The notes beneath the pieces are model-generated. The model was not told where the DNA came from. It searched no databases and worked only from the letters and a program-made list of their open reading frames with translations. A stretch of 64,000 nucleotides of DNA, taken from a bacterium (GTDB lineage Bacteria > Patescibacteriota > Patescibacteriia > UBA1558 > GWA2-36-10). Below, in pieces: positions 38,046 to 47,783 of this stretch. Made by a program: the position numbers and the translations under genes. Every line of letters begins with the position of its first letter. Within the stretch, counting starts at the first letter, position 1. The stretch spans positions 3,029 through 67,028 of the forward strand of contig JABIAL010000021.1 of assembly GCA_018653315.1 (NCBI GenBank), given 5' to 3'.

Positions 38046-38120
38046 AATCCCCACCGTTTCGGCTTTGCTCAAGATGGGGATTAAAAAATCCCCACCAGGC
38101 ATGGATGCGGGGATTATTAT
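38046..38120 (+). terminator. two tandem hairpins with identical ATCCCCA/TGGGGAT stems
   Basis: AAAAAATCCCCACC...GGGGATT repeated twice after the 36153-38009 CDS. Confidence 0.45.
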
Positions 38121-38323
38121 ATCAAAATTTGATTTTTTTGACTGATTAATTAATGTAAATTACTATAGCAAACTTATCTTATTACGGATCATCATTTTCG
38201 TCAAGAAGCTTTTTCTATGTTTTATTAATGATTGATTTTTTCAGGGTTTTTTGCTAAGATGATAATAATGTACAGGCATAAATAGATAATATTTATGCTT
38301 TTAAATTGTTAAGCTTCCAATTT

Positions 38324-39031
38324 ATGAGCGGACATTCTAAATGGTCAACAATTAAACGCGCTAAAGATATTAAAGATGCCAAGCGTAGTAATTTATTTAC
38401 CAAGCTTTCTAAAAATATTGCTGTGGCGGCTCGTGGTAATCCTGATGTAGATACTAATTTTAAATTACGCATGGCCATTGATAAGGCTAAGGGCTTAAGT
38501 ATGCCCAGGGATAATATTGAGCGAGCTGTAAAAAAAGCTGCTGGTGTTAGCGGCGAAGGCGCAATTGATAGTTTATTATATGAAGCTTATGGTCCAGAAG
38601 GAGTGGCAATTATCATTGATGTTTTAACAGATAATAAAAACCGCACAGTTTCTAATATTAAACACATCATCACTAAGTGTGGTGGTAATTTAGGTAATAG
38701 TGGCAGTGTATTATGGATGTTTGAAATGAAGGGTGAAATTGCATTACTTAAGCCAGAGCTAGATGATGATCAAGAATTGGCTATTATAGAAGCCGGAGCA
38801 GAAGATATCATTAGGCATGATCAGCAAATAATAATAATTACCAATAAAGATGAGCTGTCTAAGCTTAAAGATAAATTGCAAACCTTAGATCTAGAAACTA
38901 GTAGTGCTGACATTGTTTATTTAGCCAAAGAAAAAGTACCAGTAAAAGATGAAGAAAGGCTTTTGAAGATTTTAGAGGCACTAGACGATGACGATGACGT
39001 TAATAATGTGTATACTAATGCTGACATCTAA
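38324..39031 (+). CDS. yebC: YebC/PmpR family DNA-binding transcriptional regulator
   Basis: Start placed at the conserved MSGHSKWSTIKRAKD N-terminus. The track ORF starts 18 nt upstream. Confidence 0.85.
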   Translation: MSGHSKWSTIKRAKDIKDAKRSNLFTKLSKNIAVAARGNPDVDTNFKLRMAIDKAKGLSMPRDNIERAVKKAAGVSGEGAIDSLLYEAYGPEGVAIIIDVLTDNKNRTVSNIKHIITKCGGNLGNSGSVLWMFEMKGEIALLKPELDDDQELAIIEAGAEDIIRHDQQIIIITNKDELSKLKDKLQTLDLETSSADIVYLAKEKVPVKDEERLLKILEALDDDDDVNNVYTNADI

Positions 39032-39546
39032 TGAGTATTTCGGCAACAAAATTAAATACAGATGAAATTATTCTCGGTATAGACCCAGGTGTAGCTGACA
39101 CTGGTTTTGGAGTAATTAAAAAAAATGGCAATAAGCTTACTTTTATAGAAGCTGGTAGCATTCAAACAGCTAAAACAGAAGACCTACCGACTCGTCTGGA
39201 AATTATTTATCAGACCATGCAAGAATTATTGTTTAAACACAAGCCAGACTTAGTAGCAGTAGAAAAATTATATTTTGCTCGTAATGTGACTACTGCCTTA
39301 GATGTTGGTCAAGCACGTGGTGTGGTTATCCTAGCTATTAAAAAACATAAAATAGATATTTTAGAATTTACGCCTTTACAGATAAAACAAGCAGTGACCG
39401 GTAGTGGTAATGCAGACAAAAGACAAGTTGGTCTGATGGTTAAGGCGATTTTACATATAGCAGAGGTTCCCAAGCCAGATGATGCGGCTGATGCGGTGGC
39501 AGCGGCTATCTGTGGGGCCTTCTTTAATAAGAAATTAGTAAAATAA
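39031..39546 (+). CDS. ruvC: crossover junction endodeoxyribonuclease RuvC
   Basis: 171 aa with ILGIDPG N-terminus and RuvC catalytic acidic residues. Sits in the classic yebC-ruvC pairing. Confidence 0.9.
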   Translation: MSISATKLNTDEIILGIDPGVADTGFGVIKKNGNKLTFIEAGSIQTAKTEDLPTRLEIIYQTMQELLFKHKPDLVAVEKLYFARNVTTALDVGQARGVVILAIKKHKIDILEFTPLQIKQAVTGSGNADKRQVGLMVKAILHIAEVPKPDDAADAVAAAICGAFFNKKLVK

Positions 39547-39549
39547 AAT

Positions 39550-41034
39550 ATGAAACCATTAAAAATTGTTTCAGTTTCAGCTGAGCTAGATCCTTTTTCT
39601 AAAACAGGTGGATTAGGTGATGTAGCTCGTTCATTGCCTAAAAGTTTACATCGTTTAGGGCACAATGTTATTGCTATTACGCCTTTGTATAGCAAGCTTA
39701 TTGATAGAAAGAAGCATAAGCTAGAAAAAATTTATAGTGACGTAAAATTACAAATTGATAAAGAAAATACCGTAAGCGTTAGTTACTACCGTGGTCAATT
39801 AATGCCTGGATTGTCTGTTTATTTTGTGCGTTGCGATAAATATTTTGGTCGTAAAAAGTGGCCGTATGTATCAGACAATGAGGGTGCTAGGTTTTATTTA
39901 TTCGATGTAGCTGCTCTTAAATTAATATCTTTATTAAAATTTAAAGCTGACATTATTCATTGTCATGATTGGCACACGGGGCTTATTCCTTATTTAAAGA
40001 AAAAGCGTTTTAATCGTAGTAAAACCTTGGCTAATACAGCGACTGTTTTTACTATTCATAATTTAACTTTTCAGGCTGGTATAAATTGGTGGGAGATTCC
40101 AGTAAAATATCGAGACAAAGGAAAGGGTTCTTTACCTTTATTTAAAGATCGAAAAATAAATTATACCAATTTTGCTAAACGAGGTATTTTATATGCTGAT
40201 ATTATCAATACTGTATCTGAAACTTATGCTGATGAGATAATCAAAAAGAATTTTGGTCAAGATTTACATCGTATTCTAGTTAATCGTAAACATAAACTTT
40301 TTGGTGTGGTAAATGGTATTGATTATAATAATTATAATCCTCAGACTGACCCAGGATTAAAGAAAAGATACTCAGTAGATACCATACATCGTAAGATTGT
40401 TAACAAGCGTCATTTACAAAAAGTATTTAAGTTGCCAGTTGATGATCGTATGCCGATTATAGGTTTTACTTCTCGTATTGCCGAACAAAAAGGGTTTGAT
40501 TTATTGCTGGATATTTTGTCTACAGTTTTATTACGTGATGTGCAGGTAATTATTATGGGCGATGGAGACAAAAATCTAATTGAGCGGATTAATAAGATGA
40601 AAAAGAAATTTCCTGGTAAAATATGTCAGTTACCATTTTATGTAAATCGTAAATTAGAATCTTTGGTTTATGCGGGTGGTGATTTTTTATTATTACCGTC
40701 TAGATTCGAACCCTGTGGTACTACTCAGATGATTGCTTTTCGTTATGGTTGTGTGCCAATTGTGCGTTCTACTGGTGGTCTGTCAGACACAGTGGTTAAT
40801 TTTGATCCTATAGATTACAAAAAAGGCAATGGCTTCACTTTTAAAAATTATAATTCCCAAGAATTATTAGTAGCCATTACTCGGGCTCTAGAAACATATA
40901 AATATAAAAACACTTGGAAAGATTTAATGCGTCGGGGGATGAGGGTTTCATTTTCTTGGGATTTACCGGCTCAAAGATATTTGGATTTATACAAAAAAGC
41001 TAAAAAATTTAAACATGAAGAAGAAAAGTCATGA
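39550..41034 (+). CDS. glgA: glycogen/starch synthase (GT5, ADP-glucose type)
   Basis: 494 aa. KTGGLGDV N-terminal motif and GT-B C-terminal E-x7-E region. Confidence 0.85.
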   Translation: MKPLKIVSVSAELDPFSKTGGLGDVARSLPKSLHRLGHNVIAITPLYSKLIDRKKHKLEKIYSDVKLQIDKENTVSVSYYRGQLMPGLSVYFVRCDKYFGRKKWPYVSDNEGARFYLFDVAALKLISLLKFKADIIHCHDWHTGLIPYLKKKRFNRSKTLANTATVFTIHNLTFQAGINWWEIPVKYRDKGKGSLPLFKDRKINYTNFAKRGILYADIINTVSETYADEIIKKNFGQDLHRILVNRKHKLFGVVNGIDYNNYNPQTDPGLKKRYSVDTIHRKIVNKRHLQKVFKLPVDDRMPIIGFTSRIAEQKGFDLLLDILSTVLLRDVQVIIMGDGDKNLIERINKMKKKFPGKICQLPFYVNRKLESLVYAGGDFLLLPSRFEPCGTTQMIAFRYGCVPIVRSTGGLSDTVVNFDPIDYKKGNGFTFKNYNSQELLVAITRALETYKYKNTWKDLMRRGMRVSFSWDLPAQRYLDLYKKAKKFKHEEEKS

Positions 41035-42188
41035 AAAAAATAAATTGGGTTAATTTTTTACACATCTATCAGCCACCTTGGCAGGACAAGGGGGTTATCG
41101 AACAGGCTTCTAGTGAAAGCTATGAGTATTTATTTGGTTTATTAGATAAGTACCCAAAGTTTATAACCACCTTAAACATTACTGGATCTTTAGTGGAGCA
41201 ATTAGAGGAATTTCGTCCGGACTTGTTAAAGCTTTTGCAGGCTTTGATAAAAAAAGGAAAAGTAGAATTAACCGGTTCAGCTAAATATCACGCTTTATTA
41301 CCATTGTTACCAACGGAAGAGATTAAAAGGCAAATTTTACTTAACGAAGAAATTTTAAGTAAATATTTTTTTAAAAAACCAGTTGGTTTTTATATGCCAG
41401 AAATGGCTTATAGTAAAAAGGTAGCCGAGATTGTAAAAGACTTTGGTTATCAATGGATCGTTTTAGATGCTATCAACCTTGATTCAAAAAAAGAAGATGA
41501 TATTTTATATGAAATCAAAAATGTTGGTTTAAAAGTTATTTTTAGAGATCGTAAGATTTCTAAAAGCTACCCAGCTGAAGTAATTTATAAAAAATTAAAA
41601 CAAAAAAACAAAAAAACAGAGACAATCATCACAGGAACAGACGGCGAAATGTATGGACATTTTCATAAAGACTGGCAAGGACATTTAGAAAAGATTTTAC
41701 AAGATGATCACTTAAGCATTCAAAGCGTCAGTCAATATATTAATAATTTAACAGATAATAAAGTTAAAAAAGTTAAATTATTAACAGCTTCTTGGGAAAC
41801 CACAGCAAAAGAGTTAAAAAAAGGCGTAGCCTTTGCTTTATGGCAAGACCCAAAAAATAAAATTCATCGAGATTTATGGAAGCTAACAAAATTAGCTATT
41901 AAAATAGTAAATCAAAATACTAAAGATTCAAGTTGGAAATGGGCTCGTTGGCATTTAGACAGGGGGCTAGCTTCTTGTACTTTTTGGTGGGCTTCAGCCA
42001 CTAAGCCCTCAGATTTTTCTCCTTTGACTTGGAATCCAGATATGATAGATAATGGTAGTGAGGAGTTAGTGCGTAGTGTTAGGTCTTTACATAAAATAAA
42101 GACCAGTCAAAGATTAAAAGCGGAGCGTCTGTATATTCAAATCAAGAAAAACACCTGGGAAACACATTGGCGTAAATATCATAAATAA
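41031..42188 (+). CDS. glycoside hydrolase family 57-like protein
   Basis: 385 aa. N-terminal NFLHIYQPP, resembling the GH57 HQP block. Shorter than typical GH57 branching enzymes. Confidence 0.45.
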   Translation: MKKINWVNFLHIYQPPWQDKGVIEQASSESYEYLFGLLDKYPKFITTLNITGSLVEQLEEFRPDLLKLLQALIKKGKVELTGSAKYHALLPLLPTEEIKRQILLNEEILSKYFFKKPVGFYMPEMAYSKKVAEIVKDFGYQWIVLDAINLDSKKEDDILYEIKNVGLKVIFRDRKISKSYPAEVIYKKLKQKNKKTETIITGTDGEMYGHFHKDWQGHLEKILQDDHLSIQSVSQYINNLTDNKVKKVKLLTASWETTAKELKKGVAFALWQDPKNKIHRDLWKLTKLAIKIVNQNTKDSSWKWARWHLDRGLASCTFWWASATKPSDFSPLTWNPDMIDNGSEELVRSVRSLHKIKTSQRLKAERLYIQIKKNTWETHWRKYHK

Positions 42189-42207
42189 ATTTTTAATATA
42201 AAATACC

Positions 42208-43278
42208 ATGCAGAAATCAGAAGTTTCAAAGAAGGATAAAGAACAAATTGTTAAATTAGCCGACCAAGATTTTGTTACTAGAATATTGAATAAAAGGTTA
42301 GCAGAGTATTATCCAGATTTTAGTAAAATTAAGAAAATTAAATTAACGCCTTATAAACATCATATTGGTAAGACTGGCGTTGTTTTTGTGGTTGGCTATG
42401 AAATAGATTATCTTAGTACAGAGGCTAAAAATAAATCTTTACACGTTTTTGCCACCGGTCATTCAGATAATTCTCGAAAGGCAGCTTTTGAAAAGTTAAC
42501 ATTTTTGTATAACAATGGTTTTAATCAAGGAAAGTTTCAAGTTACTCGCCCTTTATTTTTTGTAGATGAGCAAAAAGGTTTTTTTTATGAAGCATCAGAA
42601 GGGAAGAGTTTATTTGCTCATTTTCAAGAAGATGATAGTTTAGATTTAAATAATGCACTCAAATTAACAGCGGGCTGGGCGCATGAGCTACATCATTTGC
42701 CAGTTGATCATAACTTTGCTTGGCCAAAATTTTCAGTTGCTAACATGATCCCATCGCCAAAACATTTTTTGCCAGATCTAATGAAGCATGATAAAGATTT
42801 TGGGCAGCAAGTAAAAAAAGTTGTGTCTGATATAAAAAATTGGGAAAAAGAGTTTAATAAATCACTAGAGCCTCATTTGATTTATGGTGATTATCATCCA
42901 GAAAACGTAATTATAGAAAGTTTAGTCACCGACCATTTGCGGATGATTGATTTTACCGATGTGGCTATAGGCGATCCAATGACAGATTTGGGTACATTTT
43001 TGCAACAGGTAGATTTTATGGGTCATCGGTTTTTTTCTCGTGATAAAATAAACCAAATAAAAAAATATTTTGTAGAAGCGTATTTTAATAAAGAGTTATC
43101 TGAGATTGAGGCAAATTTTTTTCAAAGAATGAATCTCTATCAAGCATGGACAGCATTACGCACGGCAGTATTTTTATTTTATATGCACAAAGATGATTCA
43201 GTGCATGCTTTATTTAAGGAAGTTGAAAAGTATTTAGAATTGATTAAAGAAGAAAAGAAAGAAATAAATTTACAATAA
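42208..43278 (+). CDS. APH/CotS-fold phosphotransferase (kinase), substrate unknown
   Basis: 356 aa with Brenner-like YGDYHPENVI and DFTDVAIGDP (DxD) motifs. Confidence 0.5.
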   Translation: MQKSEVSKKDKEQIVKLADQDFVTRILNKRLAEYYPDFSKIKKIKLTPYKHHIGKTGVVFVVGYEIDYLSTEAKNKSLHVFATGHSDNSRKAAFEKLTFLYNNGFNQGKFQVTRPLFFVDEQKGFFYEASEGKSLFAHFQEDDSLDLNNALKLTAGWAHELHHLPVDHNFAWPKFSVANMIPSPKHFLPDLMKHDKDFGQQVKKVVSDIKNWEKEFNKSLEPHLIYGDYHPENVIIESLVTDHLRMIDFTDVAIGDPMTDLGTFLQQVDFMGHRFFSRDKINQIKKYFVEAYFNKELSEIEANFFQRMNLYQAWTALRTAVFLFYMHKDDSVHALFKEVEKYLELIKEEKKEINLQ

Positions 43279-43281
43279 GAT

Positions 43282-43872
43282 ATGTCACACAAAATAATTT
43301 TTGAAGGAGCAGAATTAACTGGTAAGAGTTGGCTAATGAGTCAGGTCTATGACCACATTGAGCCAAAATATAACAGTGGCAATAAAATTTTAGATGGTTG
43401 TCATTGGTTTAATTGCGATGTCGGTATTTTTGGTACAAAATATGGTCAAGTAGCTTTGCAAAAGTATCTAGAATTGACCGAAGAATTAAAAGAGGCCAAT
43501 GTAATGCTAGAAAAGTTTCATCTTAGCGAAGCAGTTTACCAAAAATTATACAATAATCAAAATTTCCTGCCTGCCGGCAGACAAGGTGATTTTTCAGCTA
43601 TAGAAAATCGTTTACAAAAATTAAACACTAAAATAATCTTGGTTACTTTTCCAGAAGATGAAAAAATTATACAGGCTCGTTTACAAGATCGGCTAAATCT
43701 TTACCCCCATTATGAAAAAATAGCTCAAGCTCCAACAGACTACATAAAACAGCAACGGCTATTTAAAGAACTAATAAAGCAAAGTAAGCTAGAATATCTA
43801 ATTATAGAAACAAATAAATTACCAGATGAGAGTCTGGTTGATAAAATATTGCAATTTATTGGTGAAAAATAA
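43282..43872 (+). CDS. small P-loop protein, possible nucleoside/nucleotide-kinase fold, hypothetical
   Basis: 196 aa with Walker A-like GAELTGKS. Carries an in-frame copy of the palindromic repeat (encoding FLPAGRQ). Confidence 0.35.
   Translation: MSHKIIFEGAELTGKSWLMSQVYDHIEPKYNSGNKILDGCHWFNCDVGIFGTKYGQVALQKYLELTEELKEANVMLEKFHLSEAVYQKLYNNQNFLPAGRQGDFSAIENRLQKLNTKIILVTFPEDEKIIQARLQDRLNLYPHYEKIAQAPTDYIKQQRLFKELIKQSKLEYLIIETNKLPDESLVDKILQFIGEK
43566..43586. repeat. copy C of the palindromic repeat family (CCTGCCTGCCGGCAGaCAaGG), inside a CDS
   Basis: Left arm and core are perfect; the right arm is degenerate. It is in frame within the 43282-43872 CDS. Confidence 0.55.
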
Positions 43873-43984
43873 TAGCTATTTATAAAAACGATTCTTCTTT
43901 AATAAGGGTCGTTTTTTGATTTTTTAATGTTTTTGATATGTGATATAATACTAGTGTTTAGTTAATATTTGAATATAAATAAAA

Positions 43985-45466
43985 ATGCAAAATAAAAATA
44001 AATTGTCCGTATTATTCGTTGGTGCAGAGTTGGCTCCGCTAGTTAAAGTAGGCGGTCTAGGTGATGTCATGGGCGCTTTACCAAAAAGTCTAGTTAAACA
44101 AGGTGTAAATGTTAGTATGATTATACCTTTTTATGGAGTTATTGATGCAAAGAAATTTAAAACCAAATTAGTTAAAAAAAATATTAAGTTTAACATTGAT
44201 GGCCAACCAGCTAAATTTGATTTATACCAGACTTTTTTGCCGGGTACCAAAATCATAATTTTTTTAGTTAAACATAAATTATTTATAAATAAGGATATTT
44301 ATGTCGGGGGACGAAGGTATATGAAAGGCAGAGTTTATTCTCGATCCATTGGTGATATTGAAAGATTTGTTTTTTTCAGCAAGGCTGTCGCTGAAACTAT
44401 TAGATCAATGAAATGGAAAATAGATGTAGTTCATGCCCATGATTGGCATACCGCTTTGTTACCAACTTTTATTGATGAATATAGTTTGGAAGATAAAAAT
44501 TTTTCTAACATCAAAACTTTATTTACGATTCATAATTTAGCTAATCAAGGAATTTCTAGTTTAGACATAGTAGATTATGGAGGCCTACATCATGATTTAA
44601 CTCCAGCCTTAATGGAGGATTATTATGATAAAGATGGTGATAAAATTGATATGATGAAAATAGGTATTTTATCAGCTGATCTGATAAATACTGTTAGCCC
44701 AAGTTATGCCAAAGAAATTTTAACTAAAGAATACGGAGAAAAATTGGAAACTTATTTACTACGTCGTAAAAAGCATTTATTTGGCATTGTAAACGGTATT
44801 GATTTGGATCTATTTAATCCTAACAAGGATAAGTTTATCTATAAAAAGTATAATGCCAAAAATAGAAAAATAAATAAGCAATTTAATAAACAAGCTTTGC
44901 AGGCTGAAATGAAATTACCAAAAGAGGATGTGCCAGTGTTAGGTTTAGTGAGTCGCTTGGTTAATCAAAAAGGTTTAGATATTTTAGTGCCGGCTTTAGA
45001 TAAATTATTAGCTAAACAAGATGTGCAGGTTATTATATTAGGTACTGGACAGCCTGAGCATGAACAGGCTTTCAAAAAATTGGCTAAAAAATATCCTACA
45101 AAATTATCTGCAAATATTACTTTTAATATTGCCATGGCTCAAAAAATATACGCTGGGAGTGATTTTTTCTTAATGCCATCTGCATTTGAGCCTTGTGGTT
45201 TAGGACAGATGATGGCTATGCGCTACGGTACATTACCATTAGTCAGGGCCACTGGTGGTCTTAAGGATACAGTGAAACATAGTATTACTGGAATAGTTTT
45301 TAAAAAATATACTCAAACAGCCATGAGAAAAGCACTTGAGCAAGCGATTAGACTTTATAAAAATAAAGTGAAGTTTAATAAGATGGTGTCCACTGCTATG
45401 CGACAAGATTTTTCTTGGGACCAGTCAGCCAAAGAGTATATTAAGCTTTACAAAAAATTAATTTAA
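43985..45466 (+). CDS. glgA: glycogen/starch synthase paralog (GT5)
   Basis: 493 aa. KVGGLGDV motif. Divergent from the first copy. Confidence 0.85.
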   Translation: MQNKNKLSVLFVGAELAPLVKVGGLGDVMGALPKSLVKQGVNVSMIIPFYGVIDAKKFKTKLVKKNIKFNIDGQPAKFDLYQTFLPGTKIIIFLVKHKLFINKDIYVGGRRYMKGRVYSRSIGDIERFVFFSKAVAETIRSMKWKIDVVHAHDWHTALLPTFIDEYSLEDKNFSNIKTLFTIHNLANQGISSLDIVDYGGLHHDLTPALMEDYYDKDGDKIDMMKIGILSADLINTVSPSYAKEILTKEYGEKLETYLLRRKKHLFGIVNGIDLDLFNPNKDKFIYKKYNAKNRKINKQFNKQALQAEMKLPKEDVPVLGLVSRLVNQKGLDILVPALDKLLAKQDVQVIILGTGQPEHEQAFKKLAKKYPTKLSANITFNIAMAQKIYAGSDFFLMPSAFEPCGLGQMMAMRYGTLPLVRATGGLKDTVKHSITGIVFKKYTQTAMRKALEQAIRLYKNKVKFNKMVSTAMRQDFSWDQSAKEYIKLYKKLI

Positions 45467-45470
45467 ATAT

Positions 45471-46397
45471 ATGCCAAAATCAGAAATTAGAAAAGATTAT
45501 ATTCAGGAGAAGTATGTTATTATTGCTCCAAAACGTGGTAAAAGACCACATGATACAATCAAACCCAAGAAATATCATAAACCTTTGACAACTTGTGTTT
45601 TTTGTCCAGAATCTCTGCAAAAGACCAAGAGCTTATACCGGGTAGGTGGTAAGAATAATTGGAGTTTAAATGTTATTCCTAATAAATTTCCAGCCGTATC
45701 TTTAGATAATCCTAAAGCCTACGGACAACAAGAAGTAGTTGTTGAATCATCTGATCATACTAAGGAACTAGAGGATTTGTCGGTGACTCATATTGCTAAT
45801 TTATTGACAGCTTATCAAGAAAGAACGCGAGCTATTTCTCGTAATAAGAAAATTGAATATATTTTAATTTTTAAAAATGATGGTGGTGTAGCTGGGGCTA
45901 GTTTACAGCATGCTCATTCCCAAATTTTTGCTACTAAATTTTTACCACCTCATTTATTTGATAAATCACAACGACAGCAGGCATATAAATTAGAGCATGG
46001 TCACTGTGTTTACTGTGACGTGATTGCTAAAGAGTCTAAAAGTCCACGTTTAGTGTATAAAGATAAAAACATCATTGCTTTTACGCCATATGCTTCAACA
46101 TTTAATTATGAGATTTGGATCATGCCATTGAAACACAGAGATAATATTACAGAGTTAACTGTGGCTGAAAAGAAATCTTGGGCTAAAATTTTAAAACATG
46201 TTTTAATTAAGATTGGCTTGTTAGATTTACCTTATAATTTTTATTTTCATCAAGTGATTAATGATAATGACCAGCATTTATATATGAAGGTAGTGCCACG
46301 GGGTTCTGTTTGGGCTGGAGTAGAGATCGGATCAGGATTAATTATCAATCCAATTTTACCAGAAGACGCGGCTGAATTTTATAGGCAAGGATTGTAA
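45471..46397 (+). CDS. GalT-like HIT-family nucleotidyltransferase (hexose-1-phosphate uridylyl/adenylyl-transferase or NDP-glucose phosphorylase-like)
   Basis: 308 aa. CVFCPE zinc-knuckle-like N-terminus and HAHSQ (HxHxQ) active-site motif. Confidence 0.6.
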   Translation: MPKSEIRKDYIQEKYVIIAPKRGKRPHDTIKPKKYHKPLTTCVFCPESLQKTKSLYRVGGKNNWSLNVIPNKFPAVSLDNPKAYGQQEVVVESSDHTKELEDLSVTHIANLLTAYQERTRAISRNKKIEYILIFKNDGGVAGASLQHAHSQIFATKFLPPHLFDKSQRQQAYKLEHGHCVYCDVIAKESKSPRLVYKDKNIIAFTPYASTFNYEIWIMPLKHRDNITELTVAEKKSWAKILKHVLIKIGLLDLPYNFYFHQVINDNDQHLYMKVVPRGSVWAGVEIGSGLIINPILPEDAAEFYRQGL

Positions 46398-46426
46398 TTA
46401 ACACTTAAGACATTTTGTAAAAATAA

Positions 46427-46449
46427 AAACCCAGCTTTAAAGCTGGGTT
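46427..46449. terminator. bidirectional terminator between the glucan cluster and tyrS
   Basis: AAAACCCAGCTTTAAAGCTGGGTTTTTA, a perfect palindrome flanked by an A-run and a T-run. Confidence 0.7.
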
Positions 46450-46462
46450 TTTATAGTTTGGA

Positions 46463-47668
46463 TTATTTTATTTTAGCAAATTTTCTTTTGCCAGCTTGGA
46501 TAATATCTCCAGATTTTATATTTATATCGTCTTTCCAAGAAGCTATTTTTTCTTTATTCAGTCTCATTCCTCCGCCGTCAATCAATCTTCTGGCCTCACC
46601 TTTTGAACTAATAAATTTTAGTTTAATTAGTAAATCAATAGGACTGATTTTTCCTATTTGCACATTGAATTCTGGCATCTCATCTGGATTTTCTTTTTTA
46701 GAAAATACTTTAGTAAAATTATCAGCAGCTAGTTGGGCTTTTTTTTCGCTATGAAATATTTTTGTTATCTCTAAGGCTAATCTTAATTTAGCATCTTTTG
46801 GATTAGCTGCTTGGATTATTTTTTTAATTTCATTTAAAGACAAATGAGTATTGTGAATAAATAATATTTCTATCATTTCATCTGGTTGAGACATAATTTG
46901 TCCGTACATGTCGTTAGCAGAAACATCTAAAAATACACCAGTGCCTTTGCTCTTAGACATTAGCTCGCCTGTCTTTGGATTTTCCATCAAAGTTACAGCA
47001 ACTACAAATTTTTCTTTGTTGTTTATTTTTCTTTGTAATGTGCGACCAGCCAAGGCATTGAAGATTTGATCTGTTCCACATATTTCTACATCTACATCCA
47101 TGGCTACACTGTCATAGCCTTGTAACATTGGGTAAAGGAATTCATGTAAATGGATAGGTTTGTTTTCTTTAAGGCGTTTTTGAAACATATCCCTTTCAAT
47201 TGTTTGTTGAACAGTAAAATTACTAGCCAACTTCATTAAATCTTCTAACTTTAGTTTAGCTAACCAGTCATTGTTGTACATTATCTTTGGCGGATTTATT
47301 TTATCTGAAAAACCCATTAATGGCCGGATTAATTTCTTCCATTTTTTTACATTATTCAATACATCTTTGCGCGTTAATTGTTTACGCGTTTTTGATTCGC
47401 CGGTTGGATCACCGATACGAGCCGTAAAGTCACCAAATAAAATTATAACCTCATGACCTAGCTTTCTAAATTTTTCTAAGAGTATAAAATTTTTGGCGTG
47501 GCTTAAATGTAAGGTTGGTGCAGTAGCATCAAAACCAATGTAAAGCTTTAATTTTTCACCGCTTAATAATTTTTTTTCAAAGTCTTCTTTTTTAGGTAAA
47601 ATTTCAACAATAGTACCCCGATCTAGCAGCTCTTGTATTTGTTTCGGATCTGTATTAACTTTAGGCAT
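46463..47668 (-). CDS. tyrS: tyrosine--tRNA ligase
   Basis: 401 aa. KMSKS motif (LMSKSKG) and a C-terminal S4 domain. Confidence 0.9.
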   Translation of the reverse strand: MPKVNTDPKQIQELLDRGTIVEILPKKEDFEKKLLSGEKLKLYIGFDATAPTLHLSHAKNFILLEKFRKLGHEVIILFGDFTARIGDPTGESKTRKQLTRKDVLNNVKKWKKLIRPLMGFSDKINPPKIMYNNDWLAKLKLEDLMKLASNFTVQQTIERDMFQKRLKENKPIHLHEFLYPMLQGYDSVAMDVDVEICGTDQIFNALAGRTLQRKINNKEKFVVAVTLMENPKTGELMSKSKGTGVFLDVSANDMYGQIMSQPDEMIEILFIHNTHLSLNEIKKIIQAANPKDAKLRLALEITKIFHSEKKAQLAADNFTKVFSKKENPDEMPEFNVQIGKISPIDLLIKLKFISSKGEARRLIDGGGMRLNKEKIASWKDDINIKSGDIIQAGKRKFAKIK

Positions 47669-47783
47669 AATAATGGAATTTTTAATTAATTATATTTAAA
47701 TTATAGCTTATTTCTGGTATAATTTAAATACCTTGAATCAGGGTTAATAATAACACTCTATTATAGTATAATTTTAATGAAAT

